Below are positions 8,922-17,282 of a DNA stretch of 20,479 bases, piece by piece. Source of the DNA: Sulfolobus monocaudavirus SMV1; the sequence record NC_023585.1. The stretch is one strand, 5' to 3'. How positions within the stretch are numbered: the first letter of the stretch is position 1; each line of letters starts with the position of its first letter. The position numbers and the translations under genes were made by a program. The notes under the pieces are model-generated. The model had not been told where the DNA came from and searched no databases. It saw only the letters and a program-made list of their open reading frames with translations.

Positions 8922-9650
8922 TTAGGCAGAGAGTTTACGTAAAATATCTATTGCGTCTTTTATTTGCGTGTACGTTATTATTCTGTCCAAACGTTTATGC
9001 CCCGTCACCTTCGCGATGATTGCTGGATCTACAGCGTTTTTCGCCAGGTAGGAGATCAGTGCATAACGTAATGAATGTGTGTTGGTTTTCAGGTACTTCA
9101 GTGCGAACATCCTTATTCTCGATTCTAGTTTATCATCAGCGATTGTTAATATCGATTTATACGCTAGTCTGTTTTTGACGACGTCGGGAATGACAAAGAA
9201 CCTTATATTGCCGTGCTTTTCTGCTTGAAGCTGAAATTCTCTTTGCCCCGACTCTACGAACGTCTTGAAAGCCCTAATCGCCTCCCTGATCCTAGCCCCG
9301 TTAACCAGCTGTATGAGGAGAATGGCGACGTAAGCCTCGTAGGGCATCAAATTCATATCAAACAGCTGTTTGTAAGCGTTAGTGATGACTTTCTTTGCTT
9401 CGAGGAAATCGACGCTGTAGTCCCAGGTGTGTTCTATCTTCTTTTTACCCAATGGCTTTAGGATCCTCTTAAGTACTTCGCTCTCCTCTCTCTTTCCTTT
9501 CTTCTTCTCCTCCTTTAGTCCTAGTTTTACTGCAATAAGATCGATAACATCAGTCCATCCTTTTTCTCTCGCTTCTTTAAGGTACTCCAGAAGTTTAGGA
9601 GAGTTATCGGGAAGGTTTTGTATTATTTGCTTAAGTTCATCTTTGTCCAT
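8922..9650 (-). CDS. Tyrosine recombinase / integrase
   Basis: NGARIREAIRAF (first Arg box), HSLRYALISYLAKNAVDPAIIAKVTGHKRLDRIITYTQI (HxxR...GH...Y). Confidence 0.93.
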   Translation of the reverse strand: MDKDELKQIIQNLPDNSPKLLEYLKEAREKGWTDVIDLIAVKLGLKEEKKKGKREESEVLKRILKPLGKKKIEHTWDYSVDFLEAKKVITNAYKQLFDMNLMPYEAYVAILLIQLVNGARIREAIRAFKTFVESGQREFQLQAEKHGNIRFFVIPDVVKNRLAYKSILTIADDKLESRIRMFALKYLKTNTHSLRYALISYLAKNAVDPAIIAKVTGHKRLDRIITYTQIKDAIDILRKLSA

Positions 9651-10210
9651 TCATATCACTCCTCTTCATGTTTTTATAGTATAGATCTGGATACTCCTCC
9701 ATCAAGTGTATATAAATTATTTTTTTTTCATTCATTTGCCACCTCATCTATATTATAATCATAAGATGTAAAAAATTGAATTTGGCTTTCAAGAGGTTGG
9801 ATTAACTTTCTCTTAACTTTCATTTCGCTTTCCCTCATCTTATACTTTGAAAAAGAAGTTTAAAAACCCCACAGGGTTTCGCTTTGGGTCGAATGAGAAT
9901 TAGCCGGTTTGGGCTGAAAACAGTCTGGCTGGGCGGGAGGTGTGAAAACAGTATTCTTATTATAATATTATAATAGAATAATGTGTGGCAGTAAAGCATA
10001 TTAACCTGAACATAATATATAAACTTGAGCTATAACTTCGTTTGGAATTGGTCTTTGGACGAAACCATTCCCTCTCCCTTTTTAATGCTGGAAAAGACAA
10101 ATCTAGGTTTCTGGTTTCTGACCTCCACCCCACCTGCCAAGGCTTTTCGCCCCTTAGCCTCCAGTGAAGAACGGAAAACTTTTAATCCGTCGCACGTTAA
10201 ATATTAAACA

Positions 10211-10309
10211 ATGGGGCACGTGCCAACTGTAACGACACAAAGAAACTAAAACAGTAATATTTATATGCGCCCCCAACACATGGGGTACGTGCCGACAAGG
10301 TGTAACGAC
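10211..10309 (+). repeat. Imperfect direct duplication of a gene start (ATGGGGCACGTGCCAACTGTAACGAC / ATGGGGTACGTGCCGACAAGGTGTAACGAC)
   Basis: Two copies 69 bp apart; the first encodes MGHVPTVTTQRN*, the second is the apparent start of the following gene (MGYVPTRCNDLK). Confidence 0.7.
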
Positions 10310-10579
10310 TTAAAAGAGTTTACTGGCAACAAAATCTACGTGAAGAGATTTGAAAACGGAAAGTTGTGCTGTGTATTAGAAATCGCAAATGAAAGGTACA
10401 ATAGATGGAATGACATTACACTGAAAATGTACGACGGTGAAGGGAGGTTGTTAGGCACGTGGTGTGACGATAGCCGGTACTTATACATTAACACTTTTGA
10501 TGATCTTAAGAAAAGACCCGCATGGAAATTATGGGAAGATTTTGTGTGGCAGACCCCAGGCTGGGGAGATGATGAATAA
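10280..10579 (+). CDS. Hypothetical protein
   Basis: ORF track starts at 10265, but that ATG overlaps a TATA-like element (tatttatatg); ATG at 10280 is a more likely start. Confidence 0.6.
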   Translation: MGYVPTRCNDLKEFTGNKIYVKRFENGKLCCVLEIANERYNRWNDITLKMYDGEGRLLGTWCDDSRYLYINTFDDLKKRPAWKLWEDFVWQTPGWGDDE

Positions 10580-10929
10580 ACCATTCTTTTTCTTCTTCTA
10601 TAGTTTTCCACTTGTATACTTGCACTTCTTCTTATATACAAACCTTGCCCGGTTTTAATCCTACCCGAAACCCACTCACTTTTAGCCACGAAAGCTAACT
10701 CCCACGAGAAGGAGAACAAGATTAACAAAAAATTAATCCTGTAGGGGACAGTTCAGAAGCCGACTTTTTGACCCCTCGCAGGCATATTAAAAAAATGTTA
10801 ATCCTACTTTATTTAGAATAACCCGGCACAACTTTCTTTCCCACCAAGACGAGGGGAGATCAGAAATTTTGTTTTAGATTCTTTTTGAATTTTACTTCCC
10901 TGCCAGCTATGTTCATTCATTTCACCCCC

Positions 10930-11247
10930 TTAGTATTCCATCACTGTCCAAAGAATTCTGGCTAAGGTAATGTACATCTCTTTTCTTACTGCGTCAGTGC
11001 TAACGTCCCTTTCCAATATTGGTATAACATTTCTTAGCTTCAATAACCTCCTAACTTGGTCTTCCAGGTTATAGCGCTTATTATGTATCCTTGTTTTGAT
11101 TGGATCCATCCCTGGTATCGAAATTACCAGATCCCAAACAACGTGGTCATCTTCATCTAACTCCTGCGTGAAAGAAAAAACTACATCTATCTTGTATTTA
11201 TCTCCCCCTTGTTGTGGGGAGTTGTTTTGAGTCTGATTTTGTGCCAT
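10930..11247 (-). CDS. Hypothetical protein with polar N-terminal tail
   Basis: 105-aa ORF with TATA-like gtttaaatac upstream. Confidence 0.7.
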   Translation of the reverse strand: MAQNQTQNNSPQQGGDKYKIDVVFSFTQELDEDDHVVWDLVISIPGMDPIKTRIHNKRYNLEDQVRRLLKLRNVIPILERDVSTDAVRKEMYITLARILWTVMEY

Positions 11248-11258
11248 TTTTACCCAAC

Positions 11259-11277
11259 CTATAGTACCATATATAGG
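11259..11277. promoter_or_regulatory. Dyad CCTATA-N7-TATAGG in the promoter/leader of the 11247 gene
   Basis: Inverted 6-mers between start codon and TATA-like element. Confidence 0.35.
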
Positions 11278-11383
11278 GTCAAGTATTTAAACCTTTCGTC
11301 AAATTAACACTTTATCAATGAACCAGACCATAATATTTAAAAGTGTGTGACCATAAATGGCAAAATAGAGGGGATAGGATAAG

Positions 11384-11605
11384 ATGATAACCAAAACAAA
11401 GAAAGATCGTGTGATGAAAGTAGTGATGAAAAAAGAATTATATGATCAAATAGTAGATACAGCTAAAAAACTAGGCATTTCCCAAGGAGAGTTATTAAGA
11501 CAAGGGGCTTTGCTATACATGAGCATCATAGGATCCGATGGGGAAAAAATGAAGGCATTATTCAACACACAAGAACGCAAAAAGGGTAAGGAGGGTCAGT
11601 GTTAA
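11384..11605 (+). CDS. Ribbon-helix-helix (CopG/Arc-like) DNA-binding protein
   Basis: RVMKVVMKKELYDQIVDTAKKLGISQGELLRQGALLYMS has RHH spacing. Confidence 0.75.
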   Translation: MITKTKKDRVMKVVMKKELYDQIVDTAKKLGISQGELLRQGALLYMSIIGSDGEKMKALFNTQERKKGKEGQC

Positions 11606-11660
11606 TTAATGTTTAATTAATGCAAAAAAAAGATTCGGTGTTGAGGGGGGATACTTAACT

Positions 11661-11768
11661 ATGAGTAATATTTTCAGAAAGTTTAAAAAGTATTCGCTAA
11701 GCGATTGGGCTAAACTCTATTATAACAAGGTGAAGTGGGATTCGGTGAAAAGAATACATATTGACTAA
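11661..11768 (+). CDS. 35-aa small ORF (MSNIFRKFKKYSLSDWAKLYYNKVKWDSVKRIHID)
   Basis: Below the ORF-track cutoff; basic and aromatic composition; lies between two plus-strand genes. Confidence 0.4.
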   Translation: MSNIFRKFKKYSLSDWAKLYYNKVKWDSVKRIHID

Positions 11769-11837
11769 AACAGCTGTTTAAGAGGTGTGGCATGACAGTT
11801 CCCCTCTTTTAAAAACGAATCGGGAAAAGGAAATGAC

Positions 11838-12143
11838 ATGGGAATAATAGAAGAAATCCAAAACGCGTTAGCATATTACCAGAAAACAGCTGTTGACGAA
11901 AACGACACACTATACCTCCATAACATATATTCCCAACTATACTACATTCTATCAGTAGAGAACAGACCACTGAATAATACTGAATTCGACAGCTTAATGA
12001 AAGCATTAGGGATAAACGACGACACGCTGTTAGTTCAGGAATACCAGAACATGACAGACGAGCAGAAAAAGCAGTTGTTAATGCAAATACTGCAAATGAT
12101 AGATAACCTGATGAAAAATATACATACGATGGTTAACTACTAA
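11838..12143 (+). CDS. Small acidic helical hypothetical protein
   Basis: 101-aa ORF with TATA-like cttttaaaaacg about 26 nt upstream of ATG, a leaderless architecture. Confidence 0.75.
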   Translation: MGIIEEIQNALAYYQKTAVDENDTLYLHNIYSQLYYILSVENRPLNNTEFDSLMKALGINDDTLLVQEYQNMTDEQKKQLLMQILQMIDNLMKNIHTMVNY

Positions 12144-12478
12144 TTCTCTCGCGAACTATTGTTCTTTTAAAGTTACTATTATTTTTTCAGCGGGCGACGG
12201 CGAAGGAGAAAGTGAGCTACCCCTTAACCCCTTTTTCTATAATAATATTTTAATTATTTTGTTTTGTTCTGTAGCACAGCTAAATTAACAAAATATCGCG
12301 TTAGAATTGTCCAAACAGCTGGTTGAGGGGAATTTTTTACCCCGTGACGTGCGAGTTATGTGCGTGATGCAATTGTGAACGAGTATGACCTAACCTGCTA
12401 TAACTAAATATACATAAAGAAAAATATTTTTTAATAGAGAGAAGCCCGCGGTGAAGGTGGAGTATGCCCCACGCGTTG

Positions 12479-13357
12479 CTATAATATTATTTTGAAGTTA
12501 TGTAGGCGTGAAGAACTAAATAATAAAGTCCGTAAGCGTCCATGCGTTAGCCTTTTGACATATCTTGTTCCATTGATTTCATAGTCAACGACAAAGTGCT
12601 TAAAACCCGTGTTATACTCTGGACGGTATTTATACAATTCGATTGCTTCATTCTTCCGATTGTCCCTCAGAAGTAGTAATATTACAGCTATCTTAATGAT
12701 GCCGAAACTGTGGAGTTTTGAGAACTTATCAATTTTACTAAGATATCCATATCTGTAAAGAAGTTCAAAACGCAACTGCTGTATAAGCTGTTTACGCATT
12801 TGCGTTTCTACTCCAGGCAAACCGAGCTTCTCACTTAGAATATAGCTAATGTTGCTTATCGCATAAGATAGTTTTTGCTTAACGATCTCCTCATCTTCTT
12901 GTGAGAAATTGAGTATAAGTGATACAACACGATTAAAATCGACAGAGCAGTAATGAACAGCAAATGCACCAAGTATATACAGTTTATGTTTAATTTTGAT
13001 ATGAGGGATTTTTTGTGCTACCCGCATGAAAATGGCTTTTTGTACAGAGTTAGTAATTAATGTAGATACCCTGTATGCAAAGGCGTAGTATTTTAGCTTA
13101 TTGTCAAACTTTACAGGGATTGTGCCGATACCCTTATTCGGTAACAAAGTGTAATGGCGTTGATAATGAGAATATACCTTATCCGTTTTAGATTTGGATT
13201 CCTTATTTATGCCTTCTGAGTTGCTAACAAAAAACCTATCATAATCGTATTCAATAACTTCCCCGGTTTCAGCACAAACTGTATATATGCCATCTGTTAC
13301 TATCTCTTTACAAACGTCTGTTTGATGAGTTTGAGTTTGAACGATTGATTCTGTCAT
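12479..13357 (-). CDS. Putative highly divergent TFB/TFIIB-like protein
   Basis: N-terminal CKEIVTDGIYTVCAETGEVIEYDYD resembles the TFB zinc ribbon with only two Cys left; followed by LLPNKGIGTIPV and two helical blocks that could be cyclin folds. Confidence 0.4.
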   Translation of the reverse strand: MTESIVQTQTHQTDVCKEIVTDGIYTVCAETGEVIEYDYDRFFVSNSEGINKESKSKTDKVYSHYQRHYTLLPNKGIGTIPVKFDNKLKYYAFAYRVSTLITNSVQKAIFMRVAQKIPHIKIKHKLYILGAFAVHYCSVDFNRVVSLILNFSQEDEEIVKQKLSYAISNISYILSEKLGLPGVETQMRKQLIQQLRFELLYRYGYLSKIDKFSKLHSFGIIKIAVILLLLRDNRKNEAIELYKYRPEYNTGFKHFVVDYEINGTRYVKRLTHGRLRTLLFSSSRLHNFKIIL

Positions 13358-13460
13358 ACTGATTTATATTCACAAACAGCTATTTAAATATATTAGCATC
13401 AAAAATCGCGTAGTACGGTTGAATAGGGGAAAAGAAAGTGGGTGAGATAAAAAATCAACA

Positions 13461-13664
13461 TTACTTTTCTATATCTTCTTGCGTTTTTATACTCTCTAGC
13501 ACTTTCTTTAGATGTAGATCTCTAGAATTTTTCTTAGTTGACATTGACAAGTATAATTTGATAGCTTCCCTGATTACCTCACTTCTAAATAACCTATTAT
13601 TTATGCAAAAAAGATCTAGCTTCTCTAACAACTCTTCGTCTACTTTGAACGTTACAACCCTCAC
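13461..13664 (-). CDS. Ribbon-helix-helix regulator, similar in style to the Sulfolobales aCcr1 family
   Basis: MRVVTFKVDEELLEKLDLFCINNRLFRSEVIREAIKLYL is a clear RHH domain. Confidence 0.85.
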   Translation of the reverse strand: MRVVTFKVDEELLEKLDLFCINNRLFRSEVIREAIKLYLSMSTKKNSRDLHLKKVLESIKTQEDIEK

Positions 13665-13855
13665 AGCCTTTCATCCCTGTAGTATGTATTACCGGGCTGG
13701 TATTTAAACTTTTCTGCCCAACTAGTTAGGAGGAAACTGAGGGGGATGAGGAAGAACAAATTCAAGAACACATATGTTTTACGATAAAGCAAAAGGAAAG
13801 AACGGGGCGAATAATATAAATACCAGAGAAAGTGTTATAATATATGAGGTCTAAA

Positions 13856-13990
13856 ATGAGGCAAGGGGGAAAGGAGGCAAGGGGGAAAGGAATGAGGTGG
13901 AGTTCAATCAATAATATATCTTGTTCTGTTAATAAACTTTTCGGTCAACCTCCAGTCCAACTACTCTTTACTTTACAATTAATGGGGTGA
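13856..13990 (+). CDS. 44-codon upstream ORF containing a 16-bp tandem duplication
   Basis: MRQGGKEARGKGMRWSSINNISCSVNKLFGQPPVQLLFTLQLMG*, stop 4 nt before the ATG of the next gene. Confidence 0.25.
   Translation: MRQGGKEARGKGMRWSSINNISCSVNKLFGQPPVQLLFTLQLMG
13858..13889 (+). repeat. Two tandem copies of GAGGCAAGGGGGAAAG
   Basis: Read directly; perfect 16-bp tandem repeat. Confidence 0.9.
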
Positions 13991-13994
13991 AAAG

Positions 13995-14741
13995 ATGGCA
14001 CTGAGACCTACACTTACACAATTATTAGATGTATATTTTCAGACTGAGAACAAAGAAGAAAAAATAAACCTAATCAAAGATATCGCAATAACATTAAAGT
14101 ATGAAATAGTCGCATCTTTAGGCAATGCAGGGGACGATGTAAAACTTAAGGATGTCGTTACAGATACTAAACGCAAACTAATTCTCATTAAGTTTTACCT
14201 TACTCATCAGTACTTAGCTTCTAAAGATTTCATAATAGCCATCAAATTCTCTACGCAAAAAAGTAAACCATTAGTACCTGCGCAAGTGGAAAAATACGTA
14301 AAGAAAATCAAGGACTGGATAGCTAGTAAACTCTACAGGAAAAATTATCCTTACGACCTAACATATATCATTATAGCACCTAAATTTACACCTGGAGTAC
14401 ACGCTATGAAGAGAGAAATAGAAAATGGAAAGTACTTTTACACTGCCACTCCTGACACGCTCATAGAAGTGATTGAGAATTTGGTAGAGTACTTTAAGGC
14501 TAGAGCAGTGGCATTCGCGGAAAGGCTGATAGAGACAAAAAGAAGCCTAGAAAGTAGAGGGATAGAAGGGAGATTCGATCAGGGAATCGAGGCAGTGAAA
14601 CAATTATTAAAAGTAACACATAAATTGAAAGGAATCATAACGAAGGTAAAGCAATTAATGGAAAGGGAATACTATGAAATCGCTGTAAAACTTATAGAAG
14701 ACGAAAGCTACTTGGATGATATAGACTTATTCTTGTGGTAA
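13995..14741 (+). CDS. Hypothetical protein, possible nuclease-like fold in the N-terminal half
   Basis: 248-aa ORF with GGGGTGA upstream; DFIIAIKFS...YDLTYIIIAPKFTPGV is only suggestive. Confidence 0.75.
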   Translation: MALRPTLTQLLDVYFQTENKEEKINLIKDIAITLKYEIVASLGNAGDDVKLKDVVTDTKRKLILIKFYLTHQYLASKDFIIAIKFSTQKSKPLVPAQVEKYVKKIKDWIASKLYRKNYPYDLTYIIIAPKFTPGVHAMKREIENGKYFYTATPDTLIEVIENLVEYFKARAVAFAERLIETKRSLESRGIEGRFDQGIEAVKQLLKVTHKLKGIITKVKQLMEREYYEIAVKLIEDESYLDDIDLFLW

Positions 14742-15503
14742 CTAACGAATAAAACAAACGCCTAACTCTATCAATAATTTTTCCCACTTTTGTAATAAAA
14801 ATTCAAACAACGTTAAACTGCAATTTAAATTCAATTTCTTACTTCTATTTTTAATGAAATTCTTTACAATAAACTCCTTAACTATTGAGCAGAATTTCAA
14901 AAAGGGTCTATAGATCTAAAGTAATTTCAGATTGTTTTTCAGTTTTGCGATTTTAATATGAACTGATCTTAGGAGACGTGAACTTTCACATTTGCTATTA
15001 ATACCATTATTATACTTAATAAATAGGAATAATTACCAAAATACGTACTTCTTTTCAAGTTACTGCTTTAAAACTGAATTAAACACCAGTTTAATCATAA
15101 GAATTACTAGGAGAGTTGAAAGAATGTGAACTATATAGAAATGTAAAAAACGCCCATGAATTATTTAACGATATAAGGATCCAGGGCAAAAACCCTCATG
15201 AACCATAAATCATGCTTATACTTCCTCCTATCCCTAGTAATAATAGTATATTATTTATCTCTAGTAATAATGAATGCCTAATGTCTGTATGTCTGTCTCT
15301 GTAGGCCTTCCTAATGGTGTGGTGTAGTAGATAGCTCTAGAACCGTGGCCCTCCCTATCTAGATTTATGCCCCCACTTTTTATATAATGTTAATTTGGTT
15401 AATTTCGCCGAGTTGTTACTTTTTCAATAAACATCACAGTTTACTGAGAAAAACCATATCAGAAAACGATTATAACATTATTATTAATAGTATAGCTACT
15501 TCG

Positions 15504-15800
15504 ATGACAGACGACGAATATAGAAAAGCCAGGGAGTTCTACAAATTTCTTGTCAACATAACTAAATGTAATAACGGAGTTTTAACTATAGAGAGAAAGA
15601 AGTTAATCGATATTGCATCTGCTTATATGGAATGCACACCCGTGGAAGCCTATACAATTATAAATAAAATGCATAAATACGGTTGGATAAAAACCCTGGA
15701 CAAAGATTATATCCATCAGTGGTTATTACCAGCAGTTGAATTTTCCTCAGCGGGCTGGGGGTTAAACAACTATCCCTCAAACAGCTGTTTGAGGGATTAA
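15504..15800 (+). CDS. Probable winged-helix DNA-binding protein
   Basis: Internal Met of the 15387 ORF (MTDDEYRKAREFYKFLVNITKCNNGVLTIERKKLIDIASAYMECTPVEAYTIINKMHKYGWIKTLD); the track start overlaps a TATA element (ctttttatataatg). Confidence 0.55.
   Translation: MTDDEYRKAREFYKFLVNITKCNNGVLTIERKKLIDIASAYMECTPVEAYTIINKMHKYGWIKTLDKDYIHQWLLPAVEFSSAGWGLNNYPSNSCLRD
15772..15797. repeat. 26-bp perfect palindrome ATCCCTCAAACAGCTGTTTGAGGGAT
   Basis: Direct reading; spans the 3' end of the plus-strand gene, next to the convergent 15817 gene. Confidence 0.95.
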
Positions 15801-15816
15801 CACTTTCACAAACCTC

Positions 15817-16068
15817 TCACCCCTGGTTTTTATTCTCTTTTACATAGATTACTTTTCCGTGAATTTTCAATACTCCAGTTCGGTCAAATTCGGCTAACGC
15901 GTCAAGATATTCTTTATAGGTCTCCAAAATATAATCTACTCTGTTATGCATTCTTTCTAGGATCTTTTTCTGCTCATCTGTTAATTTATGCGTTGCCACC
16001 ATTTCGAATTCCCTATTAAATATTGCACAATATTGCACCATACTATTTATAATATCTTCACATTTCAC
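15817..16068 (-). CDS. Small helical hypothetical protein
   Basis: 83-aa ORF overlapping the upstream membrane-protein gene. Confidence 0.7.
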   Translation of the reverse strand: MKCEDIINSMVQYCAIFNREFEMVATHKLTDEQKKILERMHNRVDYILETYKEYLDALAEFDRTGVLKIHGKVIYVKENKNQG

Positions 16069-16609
16069 TCCACATCCCGGTTGCTATAAGGACGTATATT
16101 ATACTCATCACTTCTCCGAACGATGCTATGAAATCGATAATTAACGAGAGGTCATGGACAAACAGCTGTATTGGCGGAGCGATGAACGGCAACGATATGT
16201 TGGACGTCATAGGTAGTAGTATGGCAGTGAAAAACACTAAAATGCTTTCAAAGCTGTTGAAAATGAATTGAAGTAGTAAATAAATAAAGATTACTTGCAT
16301 AGTACTCATATTTTGCTGTGACAAGTTCAGGAGATAATTCCTTGTAAATAACGCAGAAATAGTAGCAAGTCCTGCTATTGCTCCTCCTATTATTATGCCA
16401 CCACTCTGAAATACACTCCCTAGAATATGTTCTAGGTACAATACTAGGTTGAACGACAACAATAGTGATATGTAATTTCCAAGTGCGGGATTTGTTGAAT
16501 ACTCATTAAAATTAATCAATGTTACCAGCAGGTCGACGAGAAAGGTTGAATATATTATACCCTCATTTATTCGGTAGAATACAGTTGCGAGTGAACCTAT
16601 CAGTCCCAT
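16058..16609 (-). CDS. Multi-pass membrane protein
   Basis: 183 aa, several hydrophobic segments; minus-strand TATA at about 16629-16638. Confidence 0.75.
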   Translation of the reverse strand: MGLIGSLATVFYRINEGIIYSTFLVDLLVTLINFNEYSTNPALGNYISLLLSFNLVLYLEHILGSVFQSGGIIIGGAIAGLATISALFTRNYLLNLSQQNMSTMQVIFIYLLLQFIFNSFESILVFFTAILLPMTSNISLPFIAPPIQLFVHDLSLIIDFIASFGEVMSIIYVLIATGMWSEM

Positions 16610-16628
16610 AAGATTATTTTAGTTCGTG

Positions 16629-16680
16629 AATTAAAAAACATATGTTTTAGCACTGAGCTATCCATCCACTCGTTTTTAAA
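16629..16680. promoter_or_regulatory. Divergent promoter region with AAAACATATGTTTT (16635-16648)
   Basis: Minus TATA overlaps the palindrome; plus TATA gtttttaaa at 16672-16680 precedes the 16703 gene. Confidence 0.55.
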
Positions 16681-16702
16681 GCAAACATGTTAAGTTATAC
16701 AT

Positions 16703-17230
16703 ATGAAGAGAGGGTACAGGAAAAAAATAAAGAGAGTAAAGACACATAACCACGACATACATATATATGCATTTCCGTGGGAGTGTTACAAAGTCAGGGA
16801 AATAGGCGATGATATTTACGAATTGTTCCAAGCCGATTGCAACGACCCAGAAGCTAAAAGAAAAGCGGAGACTTCAGTAACAATAAACGTGAAAAAGAGG
16901 GGTATATACAACATTTTGATGTTTCCAGAGAAAATAGTTATCAAATTAGCGAAAGAAGAACGTAGATACAATGTTACTAATTTACTATTTTTACCCAAAA
17001 AGGTATACGATCTGCAATTCGATGACGCGAACCTTATTTTAAAATATGTATATCCTTCTGGGCAAAAAGTAGCTACTGTGAAAATCAAATTAATGAAACC
17101 AGTTGTGTTTGAGAGAGATAGAAAAGACCAGTACAGTATAATAAAGTTCTGGAAACCTGAAGATTACCAGGCTTTGAAAAAAGAAATTCTGGAAAAGGTA
17201 GAAGTTGATGCGACCAGGAGGGAAAACTAA
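16703..17230 (+). CDS. Hypothetical basic protein
   Basis: 175-aa ORF downstream of a TATA-like box. Confidence 0.75.
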   Translation: MKRGYRKKIKRVKTHNHDIHIYAFPWECYKVREIGDDIYELFQADCNDPEAKRKAETSVTINVKKRGIYNILMFPEKIVIKLAKEERRYNVTNLLFLPKKVYDLQFDDANLILKYVYPSGQKVATVKIKLMKPVVFERDRKDQYSIIKFWKPEDYQALKKEILEKVEVDATRREN

Positions 17231-17282
17231 CCACCCCCACTTTTTAAAGCTAATTTTCCAAACGGCTTAGATAAGGTGGGAG

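Noticed and set aside
9213-9684. Plus-strand ORFs over the integrase gene
   Set aside because: Antisense to a protein with recognisable tyrosine recombinase motifs.
10025-10207. 60-aa TTG-start ORF
   Set aside because: Weak start, no family signal; the region is more plausibly non-coding with hairpins.
10336-10728. 130-aa minus-strand ORF
   Set aside because: Overlaps the plus-strand 10280-10579 gene and has unconvincing composition; not excluded but not supported.
15099-15122. Sequence aagaattactaggagagttgaaag, resembling the 3' end of a Sulfolobales CRISPR repeat (...GAGTTGAAAG)
   Set aside because: Single degenerate occurrence with no second repeat at spacer distance; not a mini-CRISPR array.
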